Source of the DNA: Nannocystales bacterium
Lineage (GTDB): Bacteria > Myxococcota_A > Polyangia > Nannocystales > Nannocystaceae
Length of the DNA: 64,000 bases
Reading direction: 5' to 3'
NCBI GenBank assembly: GCA_050633305.1
Contig: JBOEGF010000011.1
Span: forward strand, 251,093-315,092
The notes below the pieces were generated by a model. It did not search any database and was not told where the DNA came from. It saw nothing but the letters and a program-made list of their open reading frames with translations. How positions within the stretch are numbered: position 1 is the first letter of the stretch; the number at the start of each line of letters is the position of its first letter. Made by a program: the position numbers and the translations under genes. Below, one piece after another: positions 50,237 to 59,357 of this stretch.

Positions 50237-51340
50237 ATGTCCGAACTCGAGAAACTGCGAGCGCTTGTGGTGGACGACTCCGCCTACAACCGGCGCACCA
50301 TCACCTCGATGCTTCAGGCCCAACCTGGGGTCGAAGTGGTGGGGCGAGCGATCAACGGCAAAGAGGCGCTCCGGATGGCGTTCAGCCTCAAGCCGGACGT
50401 GATCACGCTCGACCTCGAGATGCCCGAGATGGACGGCTTCTCGTTCCTGAGGCTGCTCATGAGCAAGCAGCCGACGCCTGTGCTCGTGGTCTCGTCGTAC
50501 TCGCAGCGCGAGAACGTCTTCCGCGCGCTCGAGCTGGGTGCGCTCGACTTCATCGCCAAACCCACTCGCGAGGTGTCGCCAGACATCCGCAACATCGAGC
50601 ACGACCTCCGCCAGAAGATCGAGATCGTTCGCAAGCTGCAGGTCGTCCGGCTGCGGGAGCGGGCGAAGTCGATGGCGACGATCGAACGACCCAAGCCCAC
50701 GCCGCCGCCGGAGCCCGCGCCTCGGGCCGCGGTGCCGCTGAAAGGAGCTCCGGCTCGACACGTCTTCGGCGTGGCGGCCTCGACCGGCGGTCCGCCGGCC
50801 GTTCAGCAGGTCTTGTGCGCGCTTCCTGCCGACTTCCCGGCAGCCGTGCTGATTGCGCAACACATGCCCGCACGGTTCACCAAGGCGTTTGCGGATCGGC
50901 TCGACCGTTTGGTCCCGATGCGGGTCGTCGAGGCCGAGGATGGGCAGGTGGTTCAAGCCGGGACGGTTTACATCGCACCGGGGTCGGGCAACCTTGAGGT
51001 TCGGGGGTCGGCAGGGGACGCAGAGGTCCGAATCGTCGCACCCGTCAAATCCGGTCGCCCGGGTCCGGTGATCACACCGTCTGGAGACCATCTGTTCAAG
51101 TCGCTTGCCGCTGTCTACGGGGCCGACCTCTGCACGGTGGTCCTCACCGGAATGGGGTCCGATGGCCGAGATGGCTGCCGAGCTGCCAAAGACGCCGGCG
51201 CCCGGGTACTGGCCGAAGATCCAGACTCGGCCGTGATGCCCGGCATGCCGTACTCGGTGATCGAGGCCGGTCTTGCCGATCAGGTCGTCCCGATCGAAGC
51301 CCTCGCCGCTGCGCTGTTCGAGTTTTGCAGCCGCGGTTGA
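50237..51340 (+). CDS. cheB: Chemotaxis methylesterase CheB (receiver plus esterase)
   Basis: VVDDS and TLDLEMP; catalytic motifs ASTGG, AQHMP and TGMGSDG. Confidence 0.96.
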   Translation: MSELEKLRALVVDDSAYNRRTITSMLQAQPGVEVVGRAINGKEALRMAFSLKPDVITLDLEMPEMDGFSFLRLLMSKQPTPVLVVSSYSQRENVFRALELGALDFIAKPTREVSPDIRNIEHDLRQKIEIVRKLQVVRLRERAKSMATIERPKPTPPPEPAPRAAVPLKGAPARHVFGVAASTGGPPAVQQVLCALPADFPAAVLIAQHMPARFTKAFADRLDRLVPMRVVEAEDGQVVQAGTVYIAPGSGNLEVRGSAGDAEVRIVAPVKSGRPGPVITPSGDHLFKSLAAVYGADLCTVVLTGMGSDGRDGCRAAKDAGARVLAEDPDSAVMPGMPYSVIEAGLADQVVPIEALAAALFEFCSRG

Positions 51341-51373
51341 GTCTGGGCTGGCGGGCCTTTGTGTTATCGTCGA

Positions 51374-52297
51374 GTGGTGAGTGGGGATGACGCGCCCGGA
51401 ACCTCGTTGGAGGTACGCACGCAAGCGTTCCTGGCCGAGTTCTTTGACCGCGGACAAGAGCTTGTCCGCGACTTGATCCACGAGAATGAAGGCCTTCGGA
51501 CAAGGCTCGAGGGGATCGAATCTGGCCCGGACGTCCCTGGTGCGGTCGTCGCCCAGCTCCGTCAGCGCGTGGCCGACCTCGAAGCCGAGTGCGAGCGCAT
51601 GCGACGACTCGCGGGCAACGTCGAGAAGGACGCTGGGGGATATCGCGAGCGGCTCGAGGAGCTGGAGCTCGCCCACTATCACCTCGCGGCCCGACAAGTC
51701 TCCGCCGAGCAGCTCCGCCACGCGGTTTCGCTCGAAGACGTGGTTCGCTCCACGACCGAGATTCTGCTCAACCTCGTGGGTGTTGGCCGATTCGCGATTC
51801 ACGGGATCGACGAAGATCGGTCGTTGCTCTTCCCGCTGAGTCTCGAAGGAGCCACGTCGGACGAGGCCAAAACATCGGGTGCCGGCTCGGGCAACGGATC
51901 GGACGACGGATCCGACGACGGATCCGACGATGGATCGAACAGCGGCCCAGACGACGGCACATCGAACGGTGGACCCGATGCCTCGGGACACCGAATCGAT
52001 GCGGGCGGGCCTGTAGGAGCCGCTGCGCGCGCCACTGCGCCCTGGCAGGCATCCAACGACACACCCCGCGACCTCTCCACGCCAATGGCCGTCCCGCTCG
52101 TCTCGGGGTCTGTCGCCGTCGGTGTGATCGAGATGGTCCGGTTCCTGCCGCAGAAGAAAGAGTTTACGGATGATGACTTTGCCTTGCTTGAGCTCATCTC
52201 TTCGGAGTCGGGTGCCGCGCTGGATGCCGCATGGATGCGGGCCCACGCGCAAGACGTTCCTTTCTCTCGGTCTGGCGTGGAGGCGCTGCTGCGATGA
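51374..52297 (+). CDS. Coiled-coil plus GAF-like domain protein with a low-complexity insertion
   Basis: GQELVRDLIHENEGLR coiled coil; GAF-like PMAVPLVSGSVAVGVIEM...FTDDDFALLELIS. Start uncertain (51359, 51374 or 51377). Confidence 0.8.
   Translation: MVSGDDAPGTSLEVRTQAFLAEFFDRGQELVRDLIHENEGLRTRLEGIESGPDVPGAVVAQLRQRVADLEAECERMRRLAGNVEKDAGGYRERLEELELAHYHLAARQVSAEQLRHAVSLEDVVRSTTEILLNLVGVGRFAIHGIDEDRSLLFPLSLEGATSDEAKTSGAGSGNGSDDGSDDGSDDGSNSGPDDGTSNGGPDASGHRIDAGGPVGAAARATAPWQASNDTPRDLSTPMAVPLVSGSVAVGVIEMVRFLPQKKEFTDDDFALLELISSESGAALDAAWMRAHAQDVPFSRSGVEALLR
51896..51955 (+). repeat. 12-bp tandem repeat (GGATCCGACGAC-like, about 5 imperfect units) encoding GSDD
   Basis: ggatcggacgac ggatccgacgac ggatccgacgat ggatcgaacagc ggcccagacgac. 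Confidence 0.8.
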
Positions 52298-52716
52298 CTG
52301 AGGACGAGCGCCAACCCGGGAACCAACCCGCGAACAAGAAGCTCAACGCGCTCGTGGTGGAGGACAGTCCCCCGATGCGCAAGATGATCGTGTTCGCGTT
52401 GTCGCGGGTACGAGAACTGACGGTGGTCGAGGCCGATGATGGCGTGGACGCGTTGCGGCGGATCGCCGGGACGAAGTTCGACATCATCATCACCGACATC
52501 AACATGCCGATCCTCGATGGGCTGAAACTCGTCAAACGGCTGCGGGCCGATGACGCGTACCGCAACGTGCCGATCATCATCATCACGACCGAAGGCGCGG
52601 AAGAGGACCGGCAGCGCGCACTCGCGTTGGGAGCCAACGCATACATCACCAAGCCGATTCAGGCTCCGCAGGTCATTCAGCTCGTCCGCGAAACGCTGTC
52701 GCTGCACGAAGGCTGA
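52294..52716 (+). CDS. cheY: CheY-like single-domain response regulator
   Basis: VVEDS, ITDINMP, IITT and ITKPI; ATGA overlap with the upstream gene. Confidence 0.92.
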   Translation: MTEDERQPGNQPANKKLNALVVEDSPPMRKMIVFALSRVRELTVVEADDGVDALRRIAGTKFDIIITDINMPILDGLKLVKRLRADDAYRNVPIIIITTEGAEEDRQRALALGANAYITKPIQAPQVIQLVRETLSLHEG

Positions 52717-52727
52717 CCCACTCGCAG

Positions 52728-53636
52728 ATGGCCCTTCTGCTCGACGACGGTGTCGACGATTACCTCGACCATCTCAAGGTCGAGCGAGGGCTCGCTCGCA
52801 ACACGATCAGCGCCTACGCGTCGGACCTGCGGCGCTTCGTTTCTTTCGCGGAAGAGCAGGGCACTGAGCTGGCGGAGAACGTGGATACACCGCTGGTCCT
52901 GCGCTACGTGGGAAGCCTGGTCGACGCCGGACTCTCAGCGCGATCCCAAGCGAGAGTCCTTGTGGCGACACGCGGGCTCTTCAAGTACCTGCGTCGGGAG
53001 AACCGAGTTCCCACCGACCCAACGCAGGGGGTCAGCCTGCCGAAGTTTGCCCGGCGCCTGCCTCAGTTGCTCTCCCGTCAGGAGATCGATGCGCTTCTCG
53101 CAGCGCCCGGTGTGGACACGGTGCTCGGCCTTCGAGACACCGCTCTCCTCGAGTTCATGTATGCGACGGGGTGTCGGGTCTCGGAGGCGCTCGAGCTGCG
53201 CTGCGACCAGCTTCACCTCGATCAAGGTGTCGCACGCGTGATCGGTAAGGGAAGCAAGCAGCGCGTTGTGCCTGTAGGGGACATCGCCCTTGCCGCGGTG
53301 GGAGCCTGGGTGGAGCACGGACGGGCCCACTTGTGTCGCGGGAAGAGCCCACAGTCTTTGCCGTGGGTGTTTCTCAGCTCTCGTGGACAACGTCTGCGGC
53401 GTCAGTCCGCCTGGGTCCGACTGCGCAAGCACGCGGCGTCCGCCGGCATCGACCGCGCGATCTCGCCGCACAAGCTTCGCCACAGCTTTGCCACCCACCT
53501 GCTCGAAGGCGGGGCTGACCTCCGCTCGGTGCAGGCGCTGCTCGGGCACGCGGATATTTCGACGACACAGGTCTACACGCACGTGAGTGACGCGCATGTC
53601 CGGGCTGCGTACGATCGGCACCACCCGCGTGCCTAG
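52728..53636 (+). CDS. xerD: Site-specific tyrosine recombinase XerD
   Basis: VERGLARNTISAY, YATGCRVSE, GKGSKQR, SPHKLRHSFATHLLEGGADLRSVQALLGH and TQVY. Confidence 0.92.
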   Translation: MALLLDDGVDDYLDHLKVERGLARNTISAYASDLRRFVSFAEEQGTELAENVDTPLVLRYVGSLVDAGLSARSQARVLVATRGLFKYLRRENRVPTDPTQGVSLPKFARRLPQLLSRQEIDALLAAPGVDTVLGLRDTALLEFMYATGCRVSEALELRCDQLHLDQGVARVIGKGSKQRVVPVGDIALAAVGAWVEHGRAHLCRGKSPQSLPWVFLSSRGQRLRRQSAWVRLRKHAASAGIDRAISPHKLRHSFATHLLEGGADLRSVQALLGHADISTTQVYTHVSDAHVRAAYDRHHPRA

Positions 53637-53830
53637 TTGAGATGCACGTGCGTTTTGTCATGTTCAGGCGGCCGTCCCTGCCAGAAGGGCCAGGCTGGAG
53701 CCATCTACCGTGAGGTCCACTACGATAGCGCAAAGCACGCGAAGCGTGGGATCAACGCTTGCACCGTCGGACGCGGGCAATCTAACTTGCCTTCCACGGA
53801 TCACAGCGAGTGATTCTGGAGGGCACCATC

Positions 53831-54706
53831 TTGAAACTACCAAATCTCACCCGCGCCGGACGAACCGCACTCGTCTTTGCAGCCACCGCATTCCTCCTGC
53901 CGGGATGTGACTCCGAGGATCCGCCGGAAACCGGGTCGTCCGAGTCTGGGTCTCAGTCCTCGGAGACCGAAGACTCGGGCGACACTGAAACCACCGATCC
54001 GACGACGACCGGCGCAGACACGGAGCCGGACCCGAGCGATAGCGAAAGCTCCGGTGGCGAGAGCGGCACGCCGGTGGAGGGCTTGGGCTGCGACCCCCCA
54101 CCAGCGTGTGACAAAGGGGAGTTCTCTGGCTCGCCAACCATCACAAACATCGAAGAAGCCAACGAGATCGCGGGCTACACCAGCGTCACAGGCCGTCTTG
54201 CGGTCGCGAACAGTGACTTCGAATGCCTGGCATTCCTGTCGTGCATGGAGAGCGTCGGACACGACCTGTCGTTGTTTGGCAACGATTTGCTCACCGACGT
54301 CACGGGCCTGGACAACATCGCGGAGATCGGCGCGGTCGCCGATGGGCCTCTGATGCCCGGCGGCACGCTGAGTGTCTCCGAGAACGCGGCCCTGCTGGAT
54401 TTCAACACGCTCAACCTCATCGAGCAGACCCCGGTCACGCTCAGCATCGGTGAGAACGACAACCTCGAGGCGATCAGTGGTCTCCAGGGCCTCGTGGGCA
54501 CATTCGGGGACTTCGAGATTCGGTTCAACCCGAAGCTGAAGGACATCGGATCGGAGAGCCTTCGTGACATCCTGTTCATCGGCGGTGAGTGTGTTGTGAC
54601 CAACAACGACAGCCTCTGCATCTCGACGATCGAGGACATGTGCTCGATCGGGATCAAACAAGGCCCATTCGGCGGCAGCACGGCCAACAACGACAACGGT
54701 TGTTAA
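53831..54706 (+). CDS. Lipoprotein with receptor-L-domain / leucine-rich beta-solenoid repeats
   Basis: GGAGG ribosome-binding site before TTG 53831. Lipobox LPGC and Ser/Thr/Glu linker. Repeats NDLLTDVTGLDNI and NDNLEAISGLQGL. Confidence 0.8.
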   Translation: MKLPNLTRAGRTALVFAATAFLLPGCDSEDPPETGSSESGSQSSETEDSGDTETTDPTTTGADTEPDPSDSESSGGESGTPVEGLGCDPPPACDKGEFSGSPTITNIEEANEIAGYTSVTGRLAVANSDFECLAFLSCMESVGHDLSLFGNDLLTDVTGLDNIAEIGAVADGPLMPGGTLSVSENAALLDFNTLNLIEQTPVTLSIGENDNLEAISGLQGLVGTFGDFEIRFNPKLKDIGSESLRDILFIGGECVVTNNDSLCISTIEDMCSIGIKQGPFGGSTANNDNGC

Positions 54707-54889
54707 CCCGTTCCGCGGTGCGCGCGGCGTAAGCCGAGCGGACTCCAAAGCCCGTCCAGAGCCCCCCGCTCGGACGGGCTTTCGCGCGTCCTGCGGTCGA
54801 TTCCCGATTGCGGCGAGCCCACTGTGCGCGACGGTGATACCTTGCACCCTTCGCACCATGTGGGTGCGTCCGATCCTGAGAGTTTCCCG

Positions 54890-55588
54890 GTGAACGCCGC
54901 TCTGCTGACCCTCATGCCCCTGCTCGCCGGTAGCCAGTTCGATGCTGAACGGCTTCGGATGGCAGGTCTCGTCGTCATTTGCCTGATCCTCTCGGTCACC
55001 ATTCACGAGTTCGCCCATGCGTATGCGGCGCACAAGCTCGGTGATGGCACTCCGGAAGCCCAGGGACGGTTGACCCTCAGCCCGATGGCACACGCGGATC
55101 CGGTGGGTACGCTGATCCTGCCGCTGCTGATGGGCGTCATGAACCCGGCATTTCTGTTTGGATGGGGCCGGCCGGTCCAGACGGAGCCCCGCAATTACAC
55201 CCGGAAGATCACCATGCGTGGTGGCATGGCGATCGTGGCGTTCGCCGGTCCGTTGTCCAACCTGCTGCAGGCGGGACTGACCCTCGCGGTGGTGGCGGGC
55301 CTCTCGGCCGCGGGGGTGTTCTCCGGAGCGACGGACCTTCTCAAGCCGTTTGAGATTTTCTTCAGCCTCAACGTCCTGCTGTTCCTGTTCAACCTGCTGC
55401 CGATTCACCCCTTGGACGGCGGCAAGGTCCTCAGCTGGGCGTTCGGACCCCGGTTCGAGCCGGTGGATGACTTCCTCAGGCGGTACGGCGGCATCATCTT
55501 GATCGTGCTCGTACTTTCGCGCGTTCTGGGTTATCTGCTCGGGCCCGTCATGGCACAGGCAAGCCTGGTCTTTCGGGCTGTTCTGTAG
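54890..55588 (+). CDS. Site-2 protease family (M50) intramembrane metalloprotease
   Basis: HEFAH, AFAGPLSN and FNLLPIHPLDG. Confidence 0.93.
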   Translation: MNAALLTLMPLLAGSQFDAERLRMAGLVVICLILSVTIHEFAHAYAAHKLGDGTPEAQGRLTLSPMAHADPVGTLILPLLMGVMNPAFLFGWGRPVQTEPRNYTRKITMRGGMAIVAFAGPLSNLLQAGLTLAVVAGLSAAGVFSGATDLLKPFEIFFSLNVLLFLFNLLPIHPLDGGKVLSWAFGPRFEPVDDFLRRYGGIILIVLVLSRVLGYLLGPVMAQASLVFRAVL

Positions 55589-55609
55589 AATCCCCCCGCC
55601 TACGCCACG

Positions 55610-57640
55610 GTGAGCACGTCCGACGACCAGAAACCGCCATCGAGTGATGGCGGGGGTGAAGACGATCGAGTCGACCCCTCGGGCGACGGTGCGAACACGT
55701 CCGTCGTCGATGCGCCGCCCACGGCGCCGGCCGACTCCACTGGCCATGCGGGCGAGGCCTCTTCGGCGGCAGCGCCCCCGACCGTCGGGTCCACGCCCGA
55801 GCCGACGGTCCTCGCGACGGACGTCTCACGGGAGGAGTCCGAGGACGATGGATCGCCCACCGGCTCTCGCGAGGCGCGGGCTGTCGACGTCTCGAATCCC
55901 CCGGACGTGGGGGGAGTTGACGTGGCTTCGATCCCGGATTCGGAAGACCCTTCGCAGGTCGGCCACGCGGCTGATGCCGGTCAGCCGGTGGTCGAGTTGT
56001 CAGCGGATGAAGCGCCCGCCGACGAGACGGCGCCGGTTCCCGCGGCGCCCGCTGAGGCAAGCGAGCCTGCGGGCGTCGTTGAGCAAGGGGGAGAGTCCAA
56101 GGCCGGGGAAGAGACCGAGCCGAGGGAGCAGGCTGAGCCCGGCGGGGAGCCCGAAGGCGGCGAAGAGCCTGAGCCGGGGCCCGAGGGCGAACCCGAGCCC
56201 GGAGAAGTCGCTCCGGAGACGGTGCCTGCGGACGACATGCTCGGAGCACCCCTCGACGCAGTCGGATCGAGTCCCGAAGCCGAGCCCGTCGGTGCGGCGT
56301 CGCAGACAGGTCCGGGCGTCAGCCCAGACGCCGCTTCTGGGGCCGGTGCTGCCGATGTCTCTGAGTCCCGAGAGGGGCCCGGGGAGGGGCTCACGCCTCA
56401 ACCCGCGGCGACGCCTCCGGCTGGGAGCTCACGACAGGGGTCAGAGGGCGTCGACGGGACCGTCGATCCGACTGCCGACGCATCCGGCGGAGACGCCGAT
56501 GTGCCGGGATCAGGATCCGAGCGGGTTGGGGAGGCGACGAGCCCGGGTTCTACGGCGCGTAGCGAACCCGAAGGTGTCGATGGCGCGGCCGCGGCGCAGT
56601 CGGATGCGGTCTCGGAGTCCGGGGATTCGAGCACCGGGGAGCAGACTCCCGCCGACGCTGGTACGAGCGTGGGTCCGGAGGCTTCCTCGCCCCCGATGAC
56701 GTCGATGCTGGGCTCGGTCAACGAGGCCCGCTCGTGGCTGCTCGAGCTGCCGGACTTCGAGGGCCCGCTCGACCTGTTGCTGCACCTGGTCCGTCGCCAC
56801 GAACTCGACATCCTGGACATCCCGATTTCGTTCGTGACCGAGAAGTACCTGGAGTACCTCGCGTTCATGCAAGCGCTCGATTTGGAGGTGGCCGGGGACT
56901 ACCTGGTCATGGCGGCCACGCTCGCCTACCTCAAGAGCCGCGAACTCGTGCCGACCGAGCCGACCGAGGTCAGTGACGAAGGCCAGAGTGAGGACGAGGG
57001 CCCAGACCCACGCGAGGAACTCATCGCCCGGCTGCTCGAGTATCAGAAGTACCGAGCCGCAGCGAGCGACCTCGACCAGCTGCCGATCCAGGGTCGCGAC
57101 GTCTTCAGTCGGGGAGGGCGAATCGAGCTGCCACCCGTCGACCCCGGACTGGCTCCCCTGACGCTGTTCCGGCTGGCCGAGGCCTACAACCGCGTGCTGG
57201 ACCGGGCCCGCATCCACAAGTCTCACGACGTGGTCATGGAGACCGTGTCGGTGGCGCAGCGGATGAACCAGCTCACCTCCATGCTCATCGAGCAGGAGCG
57301 TGTGGAGTTCGAAGCGCTGTTCCTCGGGAAGACGTGGAATAGCGAATCCGAGCTTCGCTCGATGCTCGTCGTCACCCTGATGTCCGTGCTGGAGCTGACG
57401 AAGCTCGGGGTCATCTTCGTGCACCAGGATTCGGCCAACGGGGCCATCGTGATCGAGCGCAAGGCGACGGCCGAAGAGGCCAAACAGGCCATTGCGGACT
57501 ACGACGAGAACATCAGCTTCGGGAAGGCCAAACCCGGGGTTGCGGAAGCGTCCGCTTCGGGTGAGGCTGCGGCCTCGTCCGACGACCCCGTGGCCCCCCA
57601 GGTGCCCGAGTCGGACGCCGAGCCCGACAGCGATGTCTGA
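55610..57640 (+). CDS. scpA: Segregation and condensation protein A (kleisin) with an acidic N-terminal extension of about 370 aa
   Basis: The core starts near 56735: FEGPLDLLLHLVRRHELDILDIPI, AGDYLVMAATLAYLKSR, DPREELIARLLEYQKY and VVTLMSVLELTK. Confidence 0.93.
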   Translation: MSTSDDQKPPSSDGGGEDDRVDPSGDGANTSVVDAPPTAPADSTGHAGEASSAAAPPTVGSTPEPTVLATDVSREESEDDGSPTGSREARAVDVSNPPDVGGVDVASIPDSEDPSQVGHAADAGQPVVELSADEAPADETAPVPAAPAEASEPAGVVEQGGESKAGEETEPREQAEPGGEPEGGEEPEPGPEGEPEPGEVAPETVPADDMLGAPLDAVGSSPEAEPVGAASQTGPGVSPDAASGAGAADVSESREGPGEGLTPQPAATPPAGSSRQGSEGVDGTVDPTADASGGDADVPGSGSERVGEATSPGSTARSEPEGVDGAAAAQSDAVSESGDSSTGEQTPADAGTSVGPEASSPPMTSMLGSVNEARSWLLELPDFEGPLDLLLHLVRRHELDILDIPISFVTEKYLEYLAFMQALDLEVAGDYLVMAATLAYLKSRELVPTEPTEVSDEGQSEDEGPDPREELIARLLEYQKYRAAASDLDQLPIQGRDVFSRGGRIELPPVDPGLAPLTLFRLAEAYNRVLDRARIHKSHDVVMETVSVAQRMNQLTSMLIEQERVEFEALFLGKTWNSESELRSMLVVTLMSVLELTKLGVIFVHQDSANGAIVIERKATAEEAKQAIADYDENISFGKAKPGVAEASASGEAAASSDDPVAPQVPESDAEPDSDV

Positions 57641-59357
57641 CCCCGAACAAGAGCCGTCCGAGCCCGAAGCCGAAGTCGCGCCGTCCGAGCCAGCAGCCGA
57701 GTCCGAGGTCGAGTCGGACGCCGAGCCCGCGTCGGCGCCGGAGGCCGAGCGCGCTCAGCCCCAAGAGGCCAGCCTAGAAGATCTCGTCGCGGCGCTGGGT
57801 CGTCCGCGCGGCCGTGACGATGAGCCGGAGGACGAAGACGGAGACGAGGACGAAGCCGAAGCGGACGAGGGGGCGGAGCCTGAGCCGGACCCGTTCGCGG
57901 AGTACAGCAACCTCGACCTGGCGACGTCGCTGCCCATCGATCCCGATGACGACCTCTCCAAGGTCGACGGCGAAGCTTCGCCGCGGCTGATGTCGATCAT
58001 CGAGAGCCTGCTTTTTGCGGCCGACAAGCCGATGACGGTGAAGTTGATCCGCCGGCTCCTCAAAGAACCGACCAAGCGTCAGATCCAGCTCGCGCTCAAG
58101 CAACTGATCCTCGACACGCAACATCGCGGGATTGTGCTGGGCCAGGTTGCGGGCGGGTTCCGGCTGCGGACCCACCCCGACAACGCGCCTTTCGTCCAGA
58201 AAATGATGGCCGGCAAGCCGGTCCGGCTCTCGCGTTCGCAACTCGAGTCGCTCGCCGTTGTTGCGTATCGGCAGCCGGTGACAAAGGCCGAACTCGACCA
58301 CATCCGGGGCGTGGATTGTGGCGCCGTGCTGCGGGTCCTCCTGGAGCGGGACCTGGCGAAGATCGTCGGGCGAAAAGAAGAAGCCGGCAGGCCCCACCTG
58401 TACGGGACCACGGTCGCGTTTCTCGAGTTCTTCAACCTCAAGGGGCTGCGGGACCTTCCAGACCTGCACGAGTTCAAGGAACTCAGCGAGGAGTCGGAGG
58501 CCACGCTGCGGCACACCGTTCAGTCCGGCAGCCTGTCCGACGAGCAGGAGGCGATGGGCCAGTCCCGGATCGAGTTCCCGGACGCCGACGGCAATGCTGG
58601 GGACGGCCAAGCAGCTGCAGAAGCCGGAGACAAGCCGGCCGAAGGGGACTCTGCGCCAGCGGATGCTGCAGCGGAGGGGGGCTCAGAGCCGTCGACAGAC
58701 GCGGATGGTCCCGAGGCAGCCGCCGAACACAGCGATGCTGCCGAGGCGTCGCTGGGCGGGGCAGGGACGGGGGTCGAGGACCCAGCGTCGCAGGACGCCA
58801 ACGTCGGTCCGTCTGGTGACGTCGTCGAACGCCCGGCGGATTCCGATGCAGAGCTCGAGTCGGAGGCCGAGCCGGAGTCGGAGGCCGAGCCGGAGTCGGA
58901 GGCCGAGCCGGAGTCCGACGCGGAGCTGGAGTCCGAGGCCGAGCCGGAGCCCGATGGAGCGCCGGAGTCCGAGGCAGCACCCGAGTCCGATGGAGCGCCG
59001 GAGTCCGACGGAGCGCCGGAGTCCCATGCAGCACCCGAGCCCGATGCAGACGATAGGGCGCGGGTGGACGCCAGTGGCGAGCAACACGGGGATGCAGATG
59101 CAGACCTCGAGGACGTGTCGACAGATGACGGTTCTCCCGAGGAATCCCCGGCGGAAGATGAGGCCGCCGCCAGCACTGACGTCGCGGCCTCCGAGGCGTC
59201 GACCGGTCCCGCCGACACCCACGAGTTGACCTCGGAACCCGCGGACGCGTTCGAGCACAGCGAGCGCCCCGCGGACGACCCCTCAGACCCGACAGCGTCG
59301 GACGCGGAGGCAACGGACGTTGCCGCCGACGACAAGCTGCCCAAAGACGAACCATGA
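57633..59357 (+). CDS. scpB: Segregation and condensation protein B with long acidic N- and C-terminal tails
   Basis: IIESLLFAA, VAGGFRLRT, LESLAVVAYRQPVT, IRGVD and GRPHLYGTTVAFLEFFNL; start ATG 57633. Confidence 0.95.
   Translation: MSDPEQEPSEPEAEVAPSEPAAESEVESDAEPASAPEAERAQPQEASLEDLVAALGRPRGRDDEPEDEDGDEDEAEADEGAEPEPDPFAEYSNLDLATSLPIDPDDDLSKVDGEASPRLMSIIESLLFAADKPMTVKLIRRLLKEPTKRQIQLALKQLILDTQHRGIVLGQVAGGFRLRTHPDNAPFVQKMMAGKPVRLSRSQLESLAVVAYRQPVTKAELDHIRGVDCGAVLRVLLERDLAKIVGRKEEAGRPHLYGTTVAFLEFFNLKGLRDLPDLHEFKELSEESEATLRHTVQSGSLSDEQEAMGQSRIEFPDADGNAGDGQAAAEAGDKPAEGDSAPADAAAEGGSEPSTDADGPEAAAEHSDAAEASLGGAGTGVEDPASQDANVGPSGDVVERPADSDAELESEAEPESEAEPESEAEPESDAELESEAEPEPDGAPESEAAPESDGAPESDGAPESHAAPEPDADDRARVDASGEQHGDADADLEDVSTDDGSPEESPAEDEAAASTDVAASEASTGPADTHELTSEPADAFEHSERPADDPSDPTASDAEATDVAADDKLPKDEP
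58839..59054 (+). repeat. 18-bp tandem repeat, about 12 units (GAGTCGGAGGCCGAGCCG-like), encoding ESEAEP/ESDGAP in the ScpB tail
   Basis: Three identical consecutive units followed by diverged units, all in frame. Confidence 0.9.

Noticed and set aside
52728..53636. Tyrosine recombinase as a phage or island integrase
   Set aside because: Sequence and context (near site-2 protease, scpAB and rluB) fit housekeeping XerD. No att repeats, tRNA or cargo genes seen.
58839..59054. Regular repeats as a possible CRISPR array
   Set aside because: Contiguous in-frame 18-bp coding repeats with no unique spacers and no cas genes.
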